DNA of 64,000 bases from Trueperaceae bacterium. GTDB taxonomy: Bacteria; Deinococcota; Deinococci; Deinococcales; Trueperaceae. The translations under genes were made by a program, and so were the position numbers. The stretch spans positions 3,968,001-4,032,000 of the forward strand of contig OZ243956.1 in the NCBI GenBank assembly GCA_965214405.1. Reading direction: 5' to 3'. Of the stretch, positions 58,056 to 64,000 are shown piece by piece. The notes under the pieces are model-generated. The model was not told the DNA's origin. It searched no databases and saw nothing but the letters and a program-made list of their open reading frames with translations. The first letter of the stretch is position 1. Each line of letters opens with the position of its first letter.

Positions 58056-58553
58056 TTAAAGCGTCTTGAAACTCTCAAACGGCTGACTACACGCGTTGCA
58101 GTAGTAAATCGACTTGCACAAAGTCGGCCCAAAGGTGTTTTTCACGCTCGTGTCCATACTGTCGCAATAGGGGCAGGCGACGGGCGCGAAAAAGGTGACG
58201 TTCCCAACACCGCCCTGCGGCGCGGGGGGTGCAATGCCAAATGTTTTGAGTTTGGCCTTGGCTTCGTCCGTCATCCAGTCGGTTGACCAAGGGGGGGAAA
58301 GAACGGTCCTCACCTCAATATTTTCGAAGCCCACCTCCCGCAGCCGCGCCTCGATGTCCGTTTTCATGACGTGGATAGCGGGACAGCCCGAAAAGGTCGG
58401 GGTCATGGCGACTTTGACGCCGTCGCCCAAGACCTCCACCTCGCGCACGATGCCCATTTCGGTCACGGAGACGACGGGGATTTCGGGGTCTTTAACGCTC
58501 TCCAGAGCTTTCCAAACGTCTTCTTCGCTCATCTTGCTTATTGTTGTGGTCAC
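58056..58553 (-). CDS. paaD: Phenylacetyl-CoA epoxidase subunit D
   Basis: DPEIP, TPTFSGCPA, CPYC, FGPTLCK, C..PFE.FK. Confidence 0.92.
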   Translation of the reverse strand: MTTTISKMSEEDVWKALESVKDPEIPVVSVTEMGIVREVEVLGDGVKVAMTPTFSGCPAIHVMKTDIEARLREVGFENIEVRTVLSPPWSTDWMTDEAKAKLKTFGIAPPAPQGGVGNVTFFAPVACPYCDSMDTSVKNTFGPTLCKSIYYCNACSQPFESFKTL

Positions 58554-58563
58554 GTTGACCTCC

Positions 58564-59316
58564 TTACCAAACCGCGTCGGGCTCGAGCCTCGCCACCTTT
58601 TGCAAATCGTCCAAAAGCCCTGTCAGGTGTTCTGTGTGTTCTCTGCGTGAGGTGGGCGGTGTGTCGTTGGTGGGGATACTGAGACCGGAGGTTTTGAGAT
58701 GTGGGGTGGTGTGCTCGAGCCACGCCTCCCTCACCTCATCCAAATCCGGCACCATATTTTCTTGAACAAGTACGGTTTCATCAGGTAAAGGCGTAAAAAG
58801 CCCTCCCGCGAGAGGCCACAACTCGTCAAGCGCCCGCTGCATCCGCCCCTGCGACTCCTCCGTGCCGAGCCCCAACCGCTCGACCCACACGTGCGTGTGC
58901 TGGAGGTGAAAGCGCTCCTCTTTACGGATTTTGGCGGCGGCTTGGGCGATGGGGGTGTGGGTACTCTCCTCGAGGCGGGGCAGGTGGATGTACTCATAAG
59001 CGTCGAAAAGGTACTGCCGCAGCATGGTGAAGGCCCAGTCGCCCTTGGGAAGCTCGAGCATCTTCACGTTCCTCCAACCCTCCGCACTACGGAAGTACAC
59101 CAGCTTATCCGGGTCGCTGCCGTCCAGCTCCCCCCGTAGCCCATACCAAAGAGTCGCGTGCCCCAGTTCGTCTTGCGCTAAGTTGGCGAGCGCGATGTCC
59201 TCTTCCAAGATGGGCGCGTGCCCCGTCCACTCGCTGTTGCGGTGGCCTAGCACGAACTCGTCGTCGGCCAGGGCGGTGAGCTTGGCGATGAGGGCGTTTC
59301 TGATGCTGCTATCCAC
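58564..59316 (-). CDS. paaC: Phenylacetyl-CoA epoxidase subunit C
   Basis: [27 protein letters not shown] 59316 with GGAGG. Confidence 0.92.
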   Translation of the reverse strand: MDSSIRNALIAKLTALADDEFVLGHRNSEWTGHAPILEEDIALANLAQDELGHATLWYGLRGELDGSDPDKLVYFRSAEGWRNVKMLELPKGDWAFTMLRQYLFDAYEYIHLPRLEESTHTPIAQAAAKIRKEERFHLQHTHVWVERLGLGTEESQGRMQRALDELWPLAGGLFTPLPDETVLVQENMVPDLDEVREAWLEHTTPHLKTSGLSIPTNDTPPTSRREHTEHLTGLLDDLQKVARLEPDAVW

Positions 59317-59860
59317 GCTCCACCTCCTTGCGTTTCTTGGCGCGCACCATCCCGTACTCCGACTGCTGCTTATACGTTTTGTCTTTCGCGGGCTCGAACC
59401 AGCTTTCGGCGTCTTCATCGCGGCTGCGGACGACGCTTCGCTCGAGCAGCACCCACCAGGTGAGGGCAGGTTCGTCGGTGAAGGTGTCTAAAGCGTGCCG
59501 CAGTGCCTCTTCGTGTGTGCGAGCTTTGACTTCGCCGATGTGGTCAACAAAGGTTAGGGACTGTTTATGGCTCGTTTTGCGGAAGACGAGATAGGCTTCT
59601 GGCGCCCCCTCAGCTTCGGCGTCCCAATCAAAACTTTCCAACTCCTCCGCCGTCACCGAAAGAATGTCCTCCACCCGCACCACCCACATGCTGACCGCGC
59701 GGGGCCGCCGCGCGAACACGTTACGCGCAGTGAGGAGCGCGTGCGCCGCGTCCCCCGCGTGGACCGTCCCCACCGCCTGATGCGGCTTTTCGGGCGTGTC
59801 CTGCTTGAAGACCTCCCAGCGGGACCACTGCGTGTCGGGTTGAGGTGTTGCGTTACTCAT
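59309..59860 (-). CDS. paaB: Phenylacetyl-CoA epoxidase subunit B, internally duplicated
   Basis: WEVF...GTVHA...ARNVFARR...SMWVV; second degenerate repeat; K.YK. Confidence 0.85.
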   Translation of the reverse strand: MSNATPQPDTQWSRWEVFKQDTPEKPHQAVGTVHAGDAAHALLTARNVFARRPRAVSMWVVRVEDILSVTAEELESFDWDAEAEGAPEAYLVFRKTSHKQSLTFVDHIGEVKARTHEEALRHALDTFTDEPALTWWVLLERSVVRSRDEDAESWFEPAKDKTYKQQSEYGMVRAKKRKEVERG

Positions 59861-59917
59861 CAGAACCTTTTTGGGGAACAGGGTAGGGGAGAGGCGCGTC
59901 CTGACTCTCGGGCATCC

Positions 59918-60910
59918 TCACGCAGCCTTTGCTTGCCCTCGAGCCTCATACGCCGCCATCGCCTCGCGCACCCACGCGCCTTCATCATGCGCCTTGCGCT
60001 TCGCGCTCATCCGCTCCTCGTTGCAGGGACCGTCGCCCTTGACGACGCGCCAGAACTCGTCCCAGTCGATGGGGCCGTGGCACCAGTTGCCGGTCTCCTC
60101 GTCAAAACGCAAATCCGGGTCGGGGATGGTGAGGCCCGCTTCCAACAGTTCCGGCGCGTGCTCGTTGATAAACTCCTGGCGCACCTCGTCGTTCGTTTTC
60201 GTCTTGACGCCCCAGCGCATGAGCTGTGTGGTGTTGCTCGAGTCCGCGTCATGCGGCCCCAGCATCATCATCGAGGGCCACCACCAGCGGTCGAGTGCGT
60301 CCTGCGCCATCTCGCGCTGCTTTTTGGTGCCCTGCGCGTAGCGGATGACCATCTCTTTGCCCTGCTTGTGGTGAAAGGTCTCCTCGGTGCAGATGCGGAC
60401 CATCGCGCGGGAGTAGGGGCCGTACGAGCAGCGCGCCAGCATCGTTTGGTTCTTGATGGCCGCGCCGTCCACGAGCCAACCGATCATGCCCACGTCCGCC
60501 CAGGTGAGGGACGGGTAGTTAAAAATGGACGAGTATTTCGCCCGGCCCGTGAGGAGCGCGTCCACCATCTCCTCTCGAGTCGCGCCCAGCGTCTCCGCCG
60601 CGTGGTAGAGGTACTGGCCGTGCCCCGCCTCGTCTTGCACCTTGGCGAGCAAAATCATCTTGCGCCGCAAGCTCGGCGCGTGCGTAATCCACGCGCCCTC
60701 GGGCAGCATCCCGACGACCTCGCTATGCGCGTGCTGCGAAATCATGCGGATGAGCTGCTTGCGGTACGCCTCAGGCATCCAGTCGCCGGGCTCGATTTTC
60801 TCGCCGTCGGCGATGCGCGCTTCAAAGGCTTCTAACTTCGCGTCCTCTTCGCGCTGCGCGGACGTGAGGTCTACTTGACTCGTGACAGGAACTTGGGTGG
60901 TTACAGGCAT
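59918..60910 (-). CDS. paaA: Phenylacetyl-CoA epoxidase subunit A
   Basis: [27 protein letters not shown]. Confidence 0.96.
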   Translation of the reverse strand: MPVTTQVPVTSQVDLTSAQREEDAKLEAFEARIADGEKIEPGDWMPEAYRKQLIRMISQHAHSEVVGMLPEGAWITHAPSLRRKMILLAKVQDEAGHGQYLYHAAETLGATREEMVDALLTGRAKYSSIFNYPSLTWADVGMIGWLVDGAAIKNQTMLARCSYGPYSRAMVRICTEETFHHKQGKEMVIRYAQGTKKQREMAQDALDRWWWPSMMMLGPHDADSSNTTQLMRWGVKTKTNDEVRQEFINEHAPELLEAGLTIPDPDLRFDEETGNWCHGPIDWDEFWRVVKGDGPCNEERMSAKRKAHDEGAWVREAMAAYEARGQAKAA

Positions 60911-60929
60911 AACGTCCTCCTCTGCTGGT

Positions 60930-61505
60930 CTATTTTGCGTTTAGTGCGTTAAAAATCAGCGTCGTGTACTTCTCGGTCAGCCCATCAAGCTCCAGCGCCC
61001 CCGCCGGGTCGTACCATTGGTAGGTCCAGTTGAGCGATGAGAGCACAAACAGCGTCGCCAGCTTGGCGTCCTCAACCTGGAAAAGCCCTTCGCGCACGCC
61101 CGCCTCAATCGTGTCGCGGAAGCGCCGTTCGTACGCGTCGCGCCGCGCGGTGATGTTCTCCTTTAAGTCAGGGGACAAGAACTTCCACTCGTGAAAAAAC
61201 ACCGTCGCGTGCGGCAGTTCCTCGGCGATGACCTCCAAATGCCCGCGGATGAGCGCCCGCAGTTGCGCGTCCGCCGGGAGGGCGGGGTCTACCGCGTCGG
61301 CCTTGCTTAAAAAGGCGTCCGCCGCGTGGGTGACGATTTCCCACAGCATCTCCTCTTTGGAGGTCACGTGCGCGTAGAGCGACGAGCCGCGCAGGTTGAG
61401 CGACTTGGCGATGTCGCGCATCGAGGTGGCGTGGTAGCCGTGTGCGCGGAAGAGTTCTCCGGCGTTAGTGAGGATTTCGTCGCGTCTGTCTAGGGTCTTA
61501 TTCAT
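60930..61505 (-). CDS. paaR: TetR-family regulator of the paa operon
   Basis: TetR HTH ([11 protein letters not shown]...SLY), NW...WY; first gene of the paa operon. Confidence 0.82.
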   Translation of the reverse strand: MNKTLDRRDEILTNAGELFRAHGYHATSMRDIAKSLNLRGSSLYAHVTSKEEMLWEIVTHAADAFLSKADAVDPALPADAQLRALIRGHLEVIAEELPHATVFFHEWKFLSPDLKENITARRDAYERRFRDTIEAGVREGLFQVEDAKLATLFVLSSLNWTYQWYDPAGALELDGLTEKYTTLIFNALNAK

Positions 61506-61512
61506 TGATTTT

Positions 61513-61541
61513 AGTATAGCAAACGAACGCTCGTTAGGCAA
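61513..61541 (-). promoter_or_regulatory. paa promoter with PaaR operator
   Basis: TTGCCT-17-TATACT-7-ATG; CGAACGCTCGTTAG at 61524-61537 fits the CNAACGNNCGTTNG consensus I recall for Thermus PaaR. Confidence 0.78.
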
Positions 61542-61584
61542 GTGAGTGCTGCTATAGTTTGGCGGAATGGCTTAAAATCTGGGT

Positions 61585-63294
61585 ATGTCAATGGAAGCGG
61601 CTAGAAAAGAACTTGAAGAGTTTTTCAAAAGTGGAGAAGCTGGTGTGTTTGTTCTTAAAGGCAAGTGGGGAGTTGGTAAAACTCATCTTGTGCGAGATGT
61701 CGTTGAAGGTAACTCAAACAAGCAAGGGGGCATAAAACATGCTTATGTTTCTCTGTTTGGAGTGAACTCTACCGAAGAGCTTACAGAAGCTATTTTTGTC
61801 GAGATGGCAACCAATGCAAAAGCCCTTAAAAAAGGCGCTGGCGAATTAGAGGACTTTACAAAAGACACAGGAAACATCTTTGGTGAGCTATTCAATCGCA
61901 CCGTCAGGTTTTCTACTAAAATCTGGATGCTCAAAGCAGTTCCAAAAAGCAAAATAATTATTGACGACATCGAACGCAGAGATGAAGAGTTGTCAATCAA
62001 AAACTTGCTCGGCTTTTTATCGCAACTGAAAGAGCAGAAGAATTGCCAGATTGTTCTAGTTTTTAATGAGGGAGAGCTAGACAAGGCTACCCAAGAGGAG
62101 TTTGACCGTTACCGCGAAAAAGTTGTTGACCGAGAAATTGAACTTATCCCCAGTGTTGAAAAAATCATCGAATTTGGTCTCAAAGAAGAAAACTCTGAAT
62201 TCGACTTAAAAAAGGAAAACCCCGTCGTTATAAAGGTTTTACAGCAACTCGAGGTTGACAACATCCGCGCCGTTCAAAGGATAAAGGAGTTTTTGGATAG
62301 GCTCGAGCCTTTAATTTTGCACCTGCCACAAGAGGCGCAAAACGAGGTTATAAGTTCGGCGGTGAGACTCAGTTGGTTCTACTTTGTGAGAAATAAAGAC
62401 GGAATTACTTGGAAGTTCATCAAGAATTTTGATTTGCTCTCAGTACATCTGTGGGGACAGAGAGCTAATGTCTATGGTACGAGCCGAGATGCACCAGAAG
62501 AGGAAAGTGCAGAACGGAAGAGGGAAAAAAAGCTAGCGAACCGATTGCGCCAATACGGTTACTTACGTACTGGTCCTCTCGAGAAAATGCTAATTGAAGC
62601 ACTCGAGCGGGGCTTTTATAACAGGTCGGAATTTGAGAACGTTTTAAGCGACATAGAGGAGAAAGCGAGAGCTGGCTATGCTCTTGGACAGTTAACTGCT
62701 GCTTGGAATATTTTATACTCGAGTTTTGCAGATAATGAAGAAGAGTTCGTCGCTGCGCTCGTAAAGTGCTTTGAAGACTACAGCACTCACTACGGCCCTG
62801 GAGATTTAGAAAACGCTATTTCTGTCCTTAAAGAATTAGACCGTGAGAGGGAAGCTGAGGCGGTTAAAAAGGTTTGGCGGGACGCTCCACACACCTTTGA
62901 CGACGTAATAGAGTCCGTAGGGAGAAGACGTCTTAAAAATCCAGAAATTCTTTCAATAGTTGAAGAGAAAATTCAACGAGCGCGGCAGCAAAAAGATATG
63001 CTCCAGTTGGTTGACAGTTTTATGACCGGTTCACAGAGCTTGCGGGACCGTGAGATGCTACAGGCTTATACTGAAGAAGACTGGGTTAACTTCTTCAAGA
63101 AAACAAGGGGCAATAGTGGTCCGTTATATTATGTACGCCACATTTTGGAGCTTGGTGGATTTCCCAGTCACAGAGAAGTTTCTCGAGAGGCTGCAAAAGC
63201 CCTTAAAAAGATTGCGGCTGAAAGTAAAATAAATAAGGTACGTTTGGCTGACATGAGAGAAAATATTGAGAGGTTAATTGAATCCAAAGATTGA
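61585..63294 (+). CDS. KAP-family P-loop NTPase, low GC
   Basis: Walker A GKWGVGKT, YVSLFG, Walker B IIIDDIER, EKVVD, NIR. Confidence 0.82.
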   Translation: MSMEAARKELEEFFKSGEAGVFVLKGKWGVGKTHLVRDVVEGNSNKQGGIKHAYVSLFGVNSTEELTEAIFVEMATNAKALKKGAGELEDFTKDTGNIFGELFNRTVRFSTKIWMLKAVPKSKIIIDDIERRDEELSIKNLLGFLSQLKEQKNCQIVLVFNEGELDKATQEEFDRYREKVVDREIELIPSVEKIIEFGLKEENSEFDLKKENPVVIKVLQQLEVDNIRAVQRIKEFLDRLEPLILHLPQEAQNEVISSAVRLSWFYFVRNKDGITWKFIKNFDLLSVHLWGQRANVYGTSRDAPEEESAERKREKKLANRLRQYGYLRTGPLEKMLIEALERGFYNRSEFENVLSDIEEKARAGYALGQLTAAWNILYSSFADNEEEFVAALVKCFEDYSTHYGPGDLENAISVLKELDREREAEAVKKVWRDAPHTFDDVIESVGRRRLKNPEILSIVEEKIQRARQQKDMLQLVDSFMTGSQSLRDREMLQAYTEEDWVNFFKKTRGNSGPLYYVRHILELGGFPSHREVSREAAKALKKIAAESKINKVRLADMRENIERLIESKD

Positions 63295-63426
63295 TCTGAG
63301 CAAACTTCACAAGTTAGAGATGAATCTGTAGCTCGAGCCCCCTCATACCTCCTCACCCCCTCCCTCAAAACGGAAGTACACCTCACGCCCTCCTCCCACC
63401 TCTTCACCAACCTCCTCGAGCCCCCC

Positions 63427-64000
63427 TCACCTATCAACCGCCACGTACACACCAAGCCCAATCAACAAACCACCGGAGCCCACACGCTGGACGCGCTGCA
63501 AACGGCGGCTGCGTTTCAACACGTTTTGAAGCGGACCCGCCCCGAGCGCGACGACCAAATCGACCCCGCTGGTCAGGGAGGTTGTGATGACGCCAAGCAG
63601 CACGAACTGCCAAAACACATTGCCGTCGGGGTTGACAAACTGCGGAATGAAAGCAAGAAAAAAGAGGGCGGTCTTGGGGTTGAGAACTTCGGCGACGACG
63701 CCCTGACGAAACGCCCCCCGACTTGGGACGTGCGTAAGGTCGATGTCGTTGCCAAAGCCACCTTTTTCTAAAAGGGTTTTCACGCCGAGATAGATGAGGT
63801 ACGCGACGCCCAGCCATTTCACGACGGCGAAAGCCAAGGCCGAGGTGGCGAGGATGGCCGAAACGCCCAAGGCGGCGGCGAGGGTGTGCAGCAGCCCGGC
63901 GACGCCCGTCCCGAGCGTTGACAAGATGCCCTCCCGCCTGCCGCCGCGTAAGGTGCGGGCGAGCACGTAAAGCATTCCCGGTCCGGGGATGACGGCCAGC
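63427..64000 (-). CDS. LysE/RhtB-family translocator (5' end beyond window)
   Basis: PGPG, G..YL.YLG, LNPK..LFF..F.PQF. Confidence 0.9.
   Translation of the reverse strand, partial: LAVIPGPGMLYVLARTLRGGRREGILSTLGTGVAGLLHTLAAALGVSAILATSALAFAVVKWLGVAYLIYLGVKTLLEKGGFGNDIDLTHVPSRGAFRQGVVAEVLNPKTALFFLAFIPQFVNPDGNVFWQFVLLGVITTSLTSGVDLVVALGAGPLQNVLKRSRRLQRVQRVGSGGLLIGLGVYVAVDR

Noticed and set aside
59567..60835. Long antisense ORFs (also 13321-14295, 25-822, 18930-19661)
   Set aside because: Shadow frames of GC-rich genes with clear products on the opposite strand

Overview
GC-rich bacterial chromosomal window, most consistent with Deinococcota (Truepera-like), inferred from gene content, a TetR-type PaaR operator and pervasive leaderless genes. 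It is mostly housekeeping and metabolic: two lepB, malZ, gatB, DEAD-box helicase, trkAH, tRNA-Lys/Glu/Val, a MacAB-TolC-like exporter, aroE, ltaE, metK, gnd-zwf and paaR-paaABCD. Low-GC islets, three IS copies (two apparently identical IS4-family elements and one other DDE element, all with target-site duplications) and several toxin-antitoxin modules are interspersed. Four observations stand out. (1) At 5944-8753 an intact DpnI-like (methyl-GATC-cutting) gene and an unknown partner sit between a 5' stub of a Dam/DpnM methyltransferase and a 3' half of a DpnA methyltransferase, an apparent DpnII-to-DpnI switch. (2) The palindrome CTCGAG is highly iterated, including in low-GC foreign genes and most intergenic regions, but I found none in the IS elements; GATC is depleted. 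(3) metK has a structured ~145-nt leader. (4) The BlaR1/M56 gene has an internal RBS plus signal peptide and a compositionally distinct sensor domain. Protein calls come from motif recognition and counts were made by eye; no searches were run.
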